Shown: positions 39,526 to 49,158, numbered from the stretch's first letter. The stretch is DNA of 64,000 bases from Thermoplasmata archaeon (GCA_021792255.1 JAJYUZ010000002.1:320001-384000); one strand, 5' to 3'. The notes: generated from the sequence alone by a model not told the origin. Numbers and translations are program-made.

Positions 39526-41385
39526 TTGATGTCTTCACTAAAGATTGAAGATTTCTACGACTTAAGATTTCTCGCAAATTTGAACGTAGCAAATGGAAGG
39601 ATTTTCTTCGAAGTATTCAGGCCCGTCGAAAAGACAAACAAGTACGAATCTGAAATTTTTGAGCTGAAGGGAACGAACGTAGTGAGGTACACGCGGGGAA
39701 ACGAAGATCGCGATAGCGTGGTAGACATTACGGGATTTCTAATGGCGTATCTCATCAGGGAGGACAAGAAGACTGCCGTGCTGATAAAGGACATCGAGAC
39801 TGGAGAAGAGAATAAGATATGGGAGACTGATCTGAAAGTTAAGAAGATGGCATGGGACAGGTTGTCCAAGGGCCTCTACCTTATAGTCCAGGACAAACCG
39901 AAGGATAAAGACTTCAGGGTTATCGAAAAATATCCAATTTACTTCAACGGTGAAGGATTCTTCCCTTCCATAAATCATAAATTTATCCATCTGGGACTGA
40001 GGGGGAAGGTTCAAACCATACTGGAAGGAGATGCAGAAATTATTGATTTTGCGATAAATTCTTCAGGACCAGACATTGCGATAGTTGAGAGACCAGAAAA
40101 ATGGGATGTATATGACTCAAGGATAGGAGTTCTTCTTCCAGGCACCGAAGAAATCGACTATATCAAAGGAGCGAAGGGGGGAATAAGCAGCCCGGTGTAC
40201 GATCACGATGGGAAACTTTACTTCCTCTTGAACAGGCATGAAAAGAGTATATTCGAAAGTCCAAAAATTTACTGCTATGATGGCGGGAGATTGGAAAATC
40301 TACTCGAAAGCTATGACATCACTCCTGAGAATACGATGAATTCTGATTCGAGGATGGGAAATACGAAAACCATAATTCCGCACGAAGGATTTCTCTACTT
40401 CGTAGCGACCGTGCAAGGAAGATCCGGAATCTACAAAATCGGGGCGAATAAGAAGCTGGAGAGTGTGGTGAGCGGTGATTTTACCATAGATTCATTTGAC
40501 TTCAACGAAGATGTCATTTACTATATTGGTCAGTCATCAGTCCTTCCTCAAGAGATCTATCGATACGGTGAACGAAGCCAGAGACTAACGACAATAAACT
40601 CCAAATTGGAAAGAAGAACCCTTAAAAAGGCCAGGAATTTTAGCATGATCGCAAGCGACGGTGAGGAAGTAGAAGGGTGGTTGTTGAAGGGGCAGAAGAA
40701 GGCTACAGTCTTAGAAATTCATGGTGGTCCCCGAACTTCTTTTGGGGAGGCATTTTCCTTCGAGTTCCATTTATTGAATTCTCGCGGGTTTAACGTCATT
40801 TATGCCAACCCCAGGGGGAGTGACAGCTATGGAGACAACTTTGCACTGGAAATAAAGGAAAGGTTCGGAGAAAGGGACTACCAAGACTTGATGGAGGTCG
40901 TTGATTACTCCTCAGACAAGCTGGGAATCAACCCGAGTAATATTGGAGTCATAGGGGGTTCATACGGCGGATTCATGGTCAACTGGATGATAGGACACAC
41001 GAATCTGTTCAAGGCCGCAGTTACGGACAGATCCATAAGCGATCAGATATCCTTTTACTTCTCAAGTGACATCGGACCAAGATTCAATTCTGATCAGATG
41101 GGTGGTACTCCGTACGACAATCTGCAGCACTTCTGGGATAAGTCCCCAATCAAATTCATAAAGAATGTGAAGACTCCTCTCTTGATAATACACTCGGAAG
41201 AGGACTATAGATGCCCAGTCTGGCAGGCGTACGAACTCTTTACGCAGCTTAAGAGGCAAGGCTCTGAAGTCAGGATGGTAATTTTTAAGGAAGAAAACCA
41301 CGATCTCTCGCGGGGCGGTAAACCCAAGGACAGGATAAAAAGACTTGAAGAAATTCTAGATTGGTTTGAGACTAAGCTTGACTGA
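39526..41385 (+). CDS. S9 family acylaminoacyl peptidase
   Basis: IHGGP, NPRGS, GGSYGG nucleophile, EDYRC, ENHDLSR; N-terminal propeller region. Confidence 0.92.
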   Translation: MMSSLKIEDFYDLRFLANLNVANGRIFFEVFRPVEKTNKYESEIFELKGTNVVRYTRGNEDRDSVVDITGFLMAYLIREDKKTAVLIKDIETGEENKIWETDLKVKKMAWDRLSKGLYLIVQDKPKDKDFRVIEKYPIYFNGEGFFPSINHKFIHLGLRGKVQTILEGDAEIIDFAINSSGPDIAIVERPEKWDVYDSRIGVLLPGTEEIDYIKGAKGGISSPVYDHDGKLYFLLNRHEKSIFESPKIYCYDGGRLENLLESYDITPENTMNSDSRMGNTKTIIPHEGFLYFVATVQGRSGIYKIGANKKLESVVSGDFTIDSFDFNEDVIYYIGQSSVLPQEIYRYGERSQRLTTINSKLERRTLKKARNFSMIASDGEEVEGWLLKGQKKATVLEIHGGPRTSFGEAFSFEFHLLNSRGFNVIYANPRGSDSYGDNFALEIKERFGERDYQDLMEVVDYSSDKLGINPSNIGVIGGSYGGFMVNWMIGHTNLFKAAVTDRSISDQISFYFSSDIGPRFNSDQMGGTPYDNLQHFWDKSPIKFIKNVKTPLLIIHSEEDYRCPVWQAYELFTQLKRQGSEVRMVIFKEENHDLSRGGKPKDRIKRLEEILDWFETKLD

Positions 41386-41408
41386 TCCATACTGACGGTT
41401 ACTGGTCC

Positions 41409-41609
41409 TTATTCTCTGCCAGCAAACAGGTAGAATTTCATCTTTTTGAGCAAATCATCGCTGAACTTTTCAGGAAAAGAGGCTCTATAGCCGAAGAGCT
41501 TCGCTGCGAGAACCCTGTTCGTCGAGAATATTTCATAGTACTCAAATCTGAGAGCTGCAATTCGTCGGTTCAATGACCACAATTTGAACTTGTCGTCATG
41601 ATCGTTCAT
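41409..41609 (-). CDS. small hypothetical protein
   Basis: GGAGG RBS 6 nt before ATG; overlaps the stop of the upstream small ORF. Confidence 0.5.
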   Translation of the reverse strand: MNDHDDKFKLWSLNRRIAALRFEYYEIFSTNRVLAAKLFGYRASFPEKFSDDLLKKMKFYLFAGRE

Positions 41610-41721
41610 TTTCGACCTCCTTGAGTTTTCTTTCGAACAATTCGTAGTCCTCTTTCGCTTGATTGATGACCTCGCGGAGCAATCTCAATTGCTCCTCGCT
41701 TTCCTGCAATTCTTCTTCCAT
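41596..41721 (-). CDS. small acidic coiled-coil peptide (not in ORF track)
   Basis: Manual translation MEEELQESEEQLRLLREVINQAKEDYELFERKLKEVENERS; may start at GTG 41739. Confidence 0.45.
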   Translation of the reverse strand: MEEELQESEEQLRLLREVINQAKEDYELFERKLKEVENERS

Positions 41722-41921
41722 TTCATTCACAAATTTCACCCTATTAGCAGGAATCATCATTCATTAGAAGGTTCGGCTCTGAAAGCGCGGGAGGATTCCA
41801 TCTCCATTTTCTCAATATTTGGAACAGTATTATACTTTTCCAGACGATCCCAATTTTCTTTCTTTGACGCAGTACGGTGACCTCTCTCGTACGTTACCGT
41901 GTTTCATAGATCAAAAGAGCT

Positions 41922-43391
41922 TCAAGAGTAATAAGTCGCGTAGTATGGTCCTCTCTCGAAGTTGATCAGCTTGGCTGGGACCTTGTCTATCCTTCTCGTA
42001 TCTTTGAAATAAAACAGGATTCCCATACTGGCCCTTCCAGAGTCCGCAACTCCGCTGATTATATCCTTCCTCTTGTTGGAAATGTCTCCCCCTGCAAATA
42101 TTCCAGGGTAGCTCGTCATGTTGTACTGATTTACCAAGAGATCTCCAGCCGGGGTAACGTTGATCTTCTTCATTACTTCAGATGGAATGAAAGAAAGATC
42201 TCCTTTCTGTCCGGTCGCCTCTATTATGGTGTCGACTTCAACTGTGTATTCCTTGTCCTTGATGGGGACAGGTTCTCTTCTTCCCTTTCCGTTATCAACC
42301 ATCTGGTTTTTCCAATACTTGATTCCCTTTACTTTGCCATTTTCCCCTAAGTACTCGGTCGGAGTCACTTCCCAGATAAACTGAACTCTCTCTTCCTCTG
42401 CCTCGTCCAGTTCCTCTTCTGCATTGCTCGAAGGATATCCGGGTCTATCGGTGACCGCTCTTCTGTACATAACTATAACTTTCTTTGCACCCAATCTCAG
42501 GGATATTCTCGCCGCGTCGAAAGCTGTGAAGCCACCACCAATTATTGCCACAGTGTTTCCGAGCTCTATCTTCTTGCCATTATTGATTTGTCCTAGAAAG
42601 TCAATTGCGTGATAAACTCCTCTGAGACCAACCCCAGGAGTCCTGGTCTTGGACGGTTTCCAGTTTCCTATTGCAATGTATATCGCGTCATATTTGTCCA
42701 TCAGATCATCAAACTTTACGTCCCTTCCTACCTTCTTGCCGTAATAGATGTTCGCGCCATAAGAAAGAACGTGATCGGCCTCTTTCTGTACTGTTTCCCT
42801 CGCCAGTCTGAAATTGGGTATTCCATGGACCATCATTCCGCCAGGTCTGTCCGTCGCTTCAAATACGTCCACCTGAATCCCGTTTATCGAAAGGTAAAAA
42901 GCTGTCGATAGCCCGGATGGTCCTCCCCCAATAATCGCAACCTTAGGGTGTCCTCCCAGATCGTTCTCGACGACTTCTAGCGTCTCCCTATAATTGCTCG
43001 TGTTTTCGGATATGAATTTCTTGACTTGTCTGATGGCGACCGGTCCCTTATTATCGTCAAGAACGCAGTTGTCTTCACAAGGGTGGGGGCAAACGCTGCC
43101 ACAGACCCCTACGAACGGAAGTTTCTCGAAATTGATTTTCAAACCCTCTTCCAAGTGTCCGTTTCTTACAGCTATCTGATAGCCCGGGACGTCTATTCTC
43201 GCTGGGCATCCCTCTATACAAAGGCCGCAGCCGAGACATCTTGAAGCTTCAGCGGTCACTTCTTCAATAGTGTATGGAACTAGCGTCTGAATTTCTAGGC
43301 TCTTGACTCTGTCTGTCGGGTTAAAGTGCTTTATAGGTACTCTCGAATAGTTCACACTGTTCAAATAGGTCAACCAATTACGATAGTTCAT
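41922..43391 (-). CDS. GltD/SudA-like Fe-S flavoprotein oxidoreductase
   Basis: EASRCLGCGLCIEGCP, CGSVCPHPCEDNC, GGGPSG, GIPNFRL, GGGFTAFD, FAGGD. Confidence 0.9.
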   Translation of the reverse strand: MNYRNWLTYLNSVNYSRVPIKHFNPTDRVKSLEIQTLVPYTIEEVTAEASRCLGCGLCIEGCPARIDVPGYQIAVRNGHLEEGLKINFEKLPFVGVCGSVCPHPCEDNCVLDDNKGPVAIRQVKKFISENTSNYRETLEVVENDLGGHPKVAIIGGGPSGLSTAFYLSINGIQVDVFEATDRPGGMMVHGIPNFRLARETVQKEADHVLSYGANIYYGKKVGRDVKFDDLMDKYDAIYIAIGNWKPSKTRTPGVGLRGVYHAIDFLGQINNGKKIELGNTVAIIGGGFTAFDAARISLRLGAKKVIVMYRRAVTDRPGYPSSNAEEELDEAEEERVQFIWEVTPTEYLGENGKVKGIKYWKNQMVDNGKGRREPVPIKDKEYTVEVDTIIEATGQKGDLSFIPSEVMKKINVTPAGDLLVNQYNMTSYPGIFAGGDISNKRKDIISGVADSGRASMGILFYFKDTRRIDKVPAKLINFERGPYYATYYS

Positions 43392-43472
43392 ACAATATTA
43401 TAATGATTTTCAACTACAGAAAGAGCCCTCGAATCCTTCATTTGGACCAGGCGAAATATCCAGTATTCTAAT

Positions 43473-44009
43473 CTATCTGAGTCGCATATGTTCTAAACTG
43501 TTGGTGGCCCTATAAAAACCAGGATCAATGTCTAGACTCTTCTTGTACATCTTTGCCGCAAGCTTTTCCTTTCCTATGCTCTCCAATATTTGCCCTTTTA
43601 CAAAGTAGAAGTCCGCTTTTGGCGGTTTTACGCTTGTTATCGCTTTTAGATCGTCCAACGCCACTTTAGGATATCCCATCATTGCCAACGCTATTGCTCT
43701 GTTAAAATACGAGTCTACTGCCTTCTTGTTTCCTGCCTTTCTAAGCATGGCAATTGACTTGGTGTAGAGATCGATAGCCTCCGAATACTGAGAGTCTTCG
43801 ACCATTCCGTTGGCAAGTTCATAATACTTCCTGGAGATTCTCGAGATGATTTCTATTTTCTCCTTCTTCTTGCTCGGGGTCGAAAAAATGCTCTCCAGTT
43901 TTTCTGTCTCTTTTTCGATTTCAATCTCCTGCTTATCCCTCTCGAGAATCCTCTCCATTCTCTCTGGGTCTACAGCCATTGCTAGCGTCGGATGGACACC
44001 ATCTTTCAT
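43473..44009 (-). CDS. tetratricopeptide-repeat protein
   Basis: YSEAIDLYTKSI, YFNRAIA, YKKSLDIDP. Confidence 0.8.
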   Translation of the reverse strand: MKDGVHPTLAMAVDPERMERILERDKQEIEIEKETEKLESIFSTPSKKKEKIEIISRISRKYYELANGMVEDSQYSEAIDLYTKSIAMLRKAGNKKAVDSYFNRAIALAMMGYPKVALDDLKAITSVKPPKADFYFVKGQILESIGKEKLAAKMYKKSLDIDPGFYRATNSLEHMRLR

Positions 44010-44131
44010 TGGCGAACAATGAGAAATTTGATATTAAAATATTTCGTACATGGTTAAATTCATTCGGCGAACTTTTCTTTCTTAGCTTTGATAAAGTTAA
44101 ACACTTCAAAATAACAAAAATGCAATCAGTT

Positions 44132-44458
44132 TCAGATGCTGTCTCTCCTGAATTCTATTCTGCCTTCTTCGAATGTGAGCGAGTAGATATCATTCACCTC
44201 GAATTTTATTCCTAAGGACTCGTATTCTTCGTCGGTGAGTCTGAGAATCAGCTTCTGGTTGGGTCGTGCCTGAATACCGACGGTCTGGGAAATACCTTTC
44301 ATTAGGTCATTGACGAAATCAGGTCCAAAGTTAAAGCTTTGAACGGGTCTGTCTCTTTCTGTGACATATTCGTCGAGGTCTACCTCCCTTCCTCTGGTTC
44401 TCGTTTCTTGATCGTAAAATGACGATATGTTTATGACGATTACCTTCTTGTTCAGCAT
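44132..44458 (-). CDS. arcadin-1-like protein
   Basis: Size (108 aa), N-terminal beta hairpin and C-terminal KLILRLTDEEYESLG...VNDIYSLTFEEGRIEF pattern resemble arcadin-1; recognised from memory. Confidence 0.65.
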   Translation of the reverse strand: MLNKKVIVINISSFYDQETRTRGREVDLDEYVTERDRPVQSFNFGPDFVNDLMKGISQTVGIQARPNQKLILRLTDEEYESLGIKFEVNDIYSLTFEEGRIEFRRDSI

Positions 44459-44609
44459 AAGTCAGCAACGTAAATTGATATATTTATTTGTGGTGAGGCA
44501 CACTTTGCAAGTGAAAAGTGCTGACATAAAGCAAAACGCTGCCATTGATGTTGGTCAGGAATGATTTTAACGTTTAGATCAATTCCGTCGCCCTGAATTC
44601 TGACAGAAG

Positions 44610-44864
44610 CTATCCCTCAAAAGCTATCAAAAGGTTTTCCAATATAGTAACAAAAAGGTTCTCTCCTATCAACACACTCAAAAATGCCAAAAAGATCCCG
44701 AAGACGAAAACTTCAGTCAAAATTAGCATTGCAGCTATCGCAAAAAGACCAATTATGTAAATAAAGGAACCATTCACCAAAACTACGAGGATTAGTAATA
44801 GCCATAGCTCTAAACTCCTCAGTTTTCTATCTCTCTCAGATCTGGGATTTCTGACTATTATCAT
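44610..44864 (-). CDS. small hydrophobic membrane protein
   Basis: Basic N-terminus followed by about 60 almost entirely hydrophobic residues. Confidence 0.55.
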   Translation of the reverse strand: MIIVRNPRSERDRKLRSLELWLLLILVVLVNGSFIYIIGLFAIAAMLILTEVFVFGIFLAFLSVLIGENLFVTILENLLIAFEG

Positions 44865-45148
44865 CTTCGATTCTCTTCTAATTTACCATGGAAGTTAAGC
44901 GAAAGTCGGTCTGGTTTGTGCCTAACACGACGATGGCACCAAACACATCTGCTTGCGCTTAATAGCCAACGGTGTTGGTCTCCCATAAAATAACGTTGAA
45001 CGACCTTATAAATGTTGGGAAGATTCGACCGGTACAGATTTTCGAGGACTTGGAAACCGGTTTAAAAGAGTCAAAAGAGAAGAACCTAACATCTTATTTC
45101 TGTTGAGATATTCTGCGTCACAGATTCAAAGCTCCTCAACTCCACTCG

Positions 45149-46156
45149 CTACCTCGATTGATCATCGAGAAGCAACAGTGCTTGATCTCTTCTGAGGTCT
45201 GTGAAATGTCTCGCGACTTCCCTCACCAACTCCTTCTGTCCTGAATTGTAGAGGGCAATTAGTGCATTTCTGGCAAATCCTTCGTGCGTTGCCCTCTTTA
45301 TCGCACTCCCTCTGTAGATTTCGTTGAACGATTCTTTGTCAATGAACGCTATGTCTTCAAGCTTCATTTTGGGGGGATATGATTCCTGTCGCACTTCGAC
45401 TAACGAAGAATCTCTTTTTCCCGCGTTCCATGGACAGACGTTGTTGCATATGTCACATCCGAAGATCATGTCATCCATCCTTGCAGAGACTTCCATCGGA
45501 ATTATTCCCCTATTCTCTATTGTGTGATAAGAAATACAGAGGTTAGAATTGAGAGTTCTATCTAGGTTTATGGCTCCAGTGGGACAACTTTCGATGCACT
45601 TGGTACATTTTCCACACAAGTCAGAAGAGGAAGGACTGAAATTGTCAATGCACAAGTCGGTAACAGCAGCTCCTATGAAAGTAAACGATCCCATAGCCGA
45701 GTTGATTAACATGGAATTCTTCCCTACCCAGCCCAATGAAGAATTCTTGGCTAAGCCCCTTTCAAGCAGAGGGCCGGTATCAACGTACGTTTTGAAATTA
45801 CTGACAAACAGTTTGTTTTCTGTCATGAACTTATCAATCAACCGAGGAAAGAACTTGTGATAATCTCCGAAGCTTGCATAAGTAGCTATTCTTCCATAGC
45901 CTTCTCTAAAGGAATTCTTTCTCCTATAATTCAACAAGAAGACAATAATCGATTTTGAATTCTGCATTAAGAGGGACGTATCGTTGCTCTTCATAACTCT
46001 CTCACTCCTCGCAAGATAACTCATCGAAGCGTGATACCTGCTGTTAATCCAATTGGAATAGGTCTCAGAATACAGACTTCCAACCCGGATCGAAGAGAAT
46101 TCAAGGTCAGGAGGAATAGAAAGATCCTGATCCAGCAACACATGCGGAAATATCAA
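45149..46156 (-). CDS. queG: tRNA epoxyqueuosine(34) reductase QueG-like (cobalamin, 2x4Fe-4S)
   Basis: MSYL, RIATYA...DYH, VDTGPLLER, GWVGKN, CGKCTKCIESCP, CISYHTIE, GCDICNNVCPWN. Confidence 0.85.
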   Translation of the reverse strand: MIFPHVLLDQDLSIPPDLEFSSIRVGSLYSETYSNWINSRYHASMSYLARSERVMKSNDTSLLMQNSKSIIVFLLNYRRKNSFREGYGRIATYASFGDYHKFFPRLIDKFMTENKLFVSNFKTYVDTGPLLERGLAKNSSLGWVGKNSMLINSAMGSFTFIGAAVTDLCIDNFSPSSSDLCGKCTKCIESCPTGAINLDRTLNSNLCISYHTIENRGIIPMEVSARMDDMIFGCDICNNVCPWNAGKRDSSLVEVRQESYPPKMKLEDIAFIDKESFNEIYRGSAIKRATHEGFARNALIALYNSGQKELVREVARHFTDLRRDQALLLLDDQSR

Positions 46157-46208
46157 AGGAACTCTAAAACTTAACCATATTTATTATTTAAGGGGTAAAT
46201 TACCAGAA

Positions 46209-47129
46209 GTGAAAATCGGGAAGGCCACAACGAAAGAGATCGACCATATTTTGACCAAGAACAGAGATGTAATGCTGGAAAGTAATGTTCTGGGCTCGGA
46301 CTTCTCTTTCCTCAAGATAAGGACGTCGGATCTCGTTTTCAAGATGGAACCAATGGTGTTTTATAAATTCCTGACTGCTCAAGAAAATGCTGCTCTTTCA
46401 GTAACGTTCCCGATCAACGATTTCATTGCTTCTGGGACCTGGCCGTCCATTGCGATGACAGACTTTGAGAAGCCCAAGGGTGTCGGAAAAGAATTCTTTG
46501 ATTATGTTACTCAGGTCCTCAGGAATCTAGGGGAGAGAAAAATCAGGATAGCTTCTGGTCACACCGGATTCTACGGTAACGTGGGTCATGGTGTGGTTGG
46601 ATCCATGGCCTTGATAGGTCTTGAAGGACCAATTTTCAGTTTTGCCAGAATAGAGAAGGACGACTCTTTCTATTCTGTAGGCTACCTCGGCACAGAGTTA
46701 TCATATTTTCGTGGCAAACAGGAACGCAAGAGCAACACTAAACCGTCCGATCTCTCGATCGAGAAGTATGTAAAGGAATTTCTCAAGATGAGAAGAACTG
46801 TCCATTATGTTCACGATATGTCAGAGGGAGGTCTTATAAGGGCTATCGGAGAAGTTTCAGAATTAATTAAATCGGGTTTTAATGTCGGGTCAGAGCATCT
46901 TAAAAGCATATCGGCGAGAGGGGCTGAAGATTATGGGGTAAACGTGCTCTCTGCAAGCTCTTCCGGGTCGGTGATCGTCTCGGTGGAACGGGGTCGAAAA
47001 GAGGAATTTGAAGGAAAAATGAAAGAGAATGCATTCCCCTTCATTGAGATTGAAAAGAGAAAAAAAGGAGTAACCGTTGACGGAAAGAAATTCAGTCCCA
47101 GAGATAGTGTCGTCAATTTTCTAAAATAG
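46209..47129 (+). CDS. AIR synthase-like (PurM/HypE/ThiL superfamily) protein
   Basis: INDFIASG, ASGHT and HDMSEGGL motifs; lacks the PurM-specific motifs. Confidence 0.7.
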   Translation: MKIGKATTKEIDHILTKNRDVMLESNVLGSDFSFLKIRTSDLVFKMEPMVFYKFLTAQENAALSVTFPINDFIASGTWPSIAMTDFEKPKGVGKEFFDYVTQVLRNLGERKIRIASGHTGFYGNVGHGVVGSMALIGLEGPIFSFARIEKDDSFYSVGYLGTELSYFRGKQERKSNTKPSDLSIEKYVKEFLKMRRTVHYVHDMSEGGLIRAIGEVSELIKSGFNVGSEHLKSISARGAEDYGVNVLSASSSGSVIVSVERGRKEEFEGKMKENAFPFIEIEKRKKGVTVDGKKFSPRDSVVNFLK

Positions 47130-47200
47130 CCAGTCCAATCTTCCAGATCAAAGCGACTTTGGAGACCAACTAATTTATATCACTTTTTACTTTCAGAACG

Positions 47201-48028
47201 ATGAAAATAGATGGGCTGGAGCTGAGCCTCGCAAGCGATGGAGTTTTCAAGTTGGACGGCGGGGCGATGTTTGGGATCGTGCCGAAACCCGTGTGGGAAA
47301 AATATTTCTCTCCAGATGTGAAGAACAAGATTACCTTGGGAACAAATGTACTGGTAATCAGAGCTGGAAAGAATGTGGCACTTGTCGACCTGGGAATAGG
47401 CGATAAATTCGACAAGAGGTTGTTCGACATCTACGAAATCAGCAGAGAGAGGAACCTATTGGAAGATCTCAGAGCCAAGGGAATCGAGAGAACTGACGTG
47501 ACCCATGTCTTCATAACACACGGACATCTAGACCACACCGGGTGGGCTACCACCTACCATCACGAAAAAATTGAACCGACATTCCCAATGGCAAAATATT
47601 ACATGCAAGAAGAAACTCTCAAAGAAATCAAAGAGCCCAACCAGAAGACCAAGCCCAATTACAACTATCTTAACTTCGAAAACCTTAGTGAACATCTGGA
47701 ACTTCTGAATGGGGATGAGGAAGTACTGCCAGGTATCCGGCTCGTAAAGTCAGGAGGACACACGAAGGGGCACCAGATTGTGGAGGTTCGTGTCGGGAAC
47801 AATACTTTCGTTTATTTCGGAGATCTGATACCAACTTCTGCGCACATCAAACCAGCGTACGTCATGGCGTACGATCTCTACCCAATGGACACCTTCTACA
47901 AAAAGAGGGAAATACTAGAAAAGGCGTATGAAGAATCCTGGACAATCTTTTTTGAGCACGATCCTACTACTCCAGTGGCAAAGTTGAGCGATGTCGAGAA
48001 CTATACTCTGAAAAAGATTTCATTCTAA
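47201..48028 (+). CDS. MBL-fold metallo-hydrolase (YtnP-like)
   Basis: LDGGAMFGIVPK, THGHLDH, GHTKGH, GDLIP, FEHD. Confidence 0.9.
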   Translation: MKIDGLELSLASDGVFKLDGGAMFGIVPKPVWEKYFSPDVKNKITLGTNVLVIRAGKNVALVDLGIGDKFDKRLFDIYEISRERNLLEDLRAKGIERTDVTHVFITHGHLDHTGWATTYHHEKIEPTFPMAKYYMQEETLKEIKEPNQKTKPNYNYLNFENLSEHLELLNGDEEVLPGIRLVKSGGHTKGHQIVEVRVGNNTFVYFGDLIPTSAHIKPAYVMAYDLYPMDTFYKKREILEKAYEESWTIFFEHDPTTPVAKLSDVENYTLKKISF

Positions 48029-49158
48029 AAAGATGGCATTCCTTTTTTCAAAATTTCACGGGCTATGATCATTCTCTGGATCTCGTTTGTGCCTTCATAG
48101 ATTTGAGTTATCTTTGCTTCCCTGAACCTTCTTTCCAGTGGGTATTCTTCGGACATGGCGTGATATCCGAGAAGTGAAATGGCATCTGAAGTGATCTGTA
48201 CCGCTGAGTCTCCTGCCTGGAGCTTTGACAAGGAGCTCATTAACGTAGCCTCCTTTCCTGTCTGTGCGTAATGAATCGACTCGTTGTATTTTGCCACGGA
48301 AGAATGCAACTGGTTGACCATGTCAGCAAGCCTGAACTGCTTGTTCTCTCCGTTAATACCTCCCAATTCCTCGTTGAAACGTATCACGTCTCTGATTGCA
48401 CCCTCAGAGATACCGATCGCTTGAGAAGCGATTCCAATTCTTCCAAGATTTAGTGTGTCCATTTCTATCTTGAATCCTTCGTCCAGGTTGCCTACTATCT
48501 GCTCTTTATCAACCTCCACGTTGTCAAGCAGTACTTCTGTAGTACTGGTTCCCCTTATTCCCATTTTCTTGAATTCATTTCCGATCGATAAGCCGTCCAT
48601 TTCTCTGTCTAGAGCGAACAGGGTAATGCCGTGGTGCTTCTTCTCAGGAGAAGTCACCGCAGAGGCAAGATAAAACTCCGCTTCGTCCCCGTTCGTGATG
48701 AAAGTCTTCCCTCCATTCAGCACGTAACCTGCTCCCTTTTTGCTTGCCGTAGTCTTGATGGCAGCAGCATCAGAACCCGCCCCAGGCTCAGTTATTGCAA
48801 GGGCCCCGATGGTACCTTTTGCAATTTTTGAGAGGTATTTCCTTTTCAAAAATTCAGATCCGTACTTAAGTATAGGTTCTCCGAAGAGGGATATCGTGAC
48901 GTCTGGAATCAAGGATGTGGAGGCACACTCTCTCGATATGATTCTTATGCTTTCCATCAAGGAGTTGAGCGAGAATGCCAAACCTCCATATTTTCTGGGG
49001 ATGTAAAATGAGAACACTCCAATACTCCCCATCTCTCTCACTAGATCAGACGGGAAAGTGGCCAGGTCGTCTATCTCAGACGCTCTCTTTCTTACCTTTG
49101 AAACTGCAAATTCCTCCACTTCCTTCAGTTTTTCGTGTTCAGAAATGTCTAAATCCAT
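48025..49158 (-). CDS. acyl-CoA dehydrogenase
   Basis: ITEPGAGSD, GGKTFITN, KMGIRG, IYEGTNEIQR; probable ATG at 49158 (ORF-track start too long). Confidence 0.92.
   Translation of the reverse strand: MDLDISEHEKLKEVEEFAVSKVRKRASEIDDLATFPSDLVREMGSIGVFSFYIPRKYGGLAFSLNSLMESIRIISRECASTSLIPDVTISLFGEPILKYGSEFLKRKYLSKIAKGTIGALAITEPGAGSDAAAIKTTASKKGAGYVLNGGKTFITNGDEAEFYLASAVTSPEKKHHGITLFALDREMDGLSIGNEFKKMGIRGTSTTEVLLDNVEVDKEQIVGNLDEGFKIEMDTLNLGRIGIASQAIGISEGAIRDVIRFNEELGGINGENKQFRLADMVNQLHSSVAKYNESIHYAQTGKEATLMSSLSKLQAGDSAVQITSDAISLLGYHAMSEEYPLERRFREAKITQIYEGTNEIQRMIIAREILKKGMPSF

Noticed and set aside
47201-48028. YtnP-like lactonase plus LsrF as a quorum-quenching system
   Set aside because: The genes are about 8 kb apart and unlinked, and the family is promiscuous; the sequence gives no support
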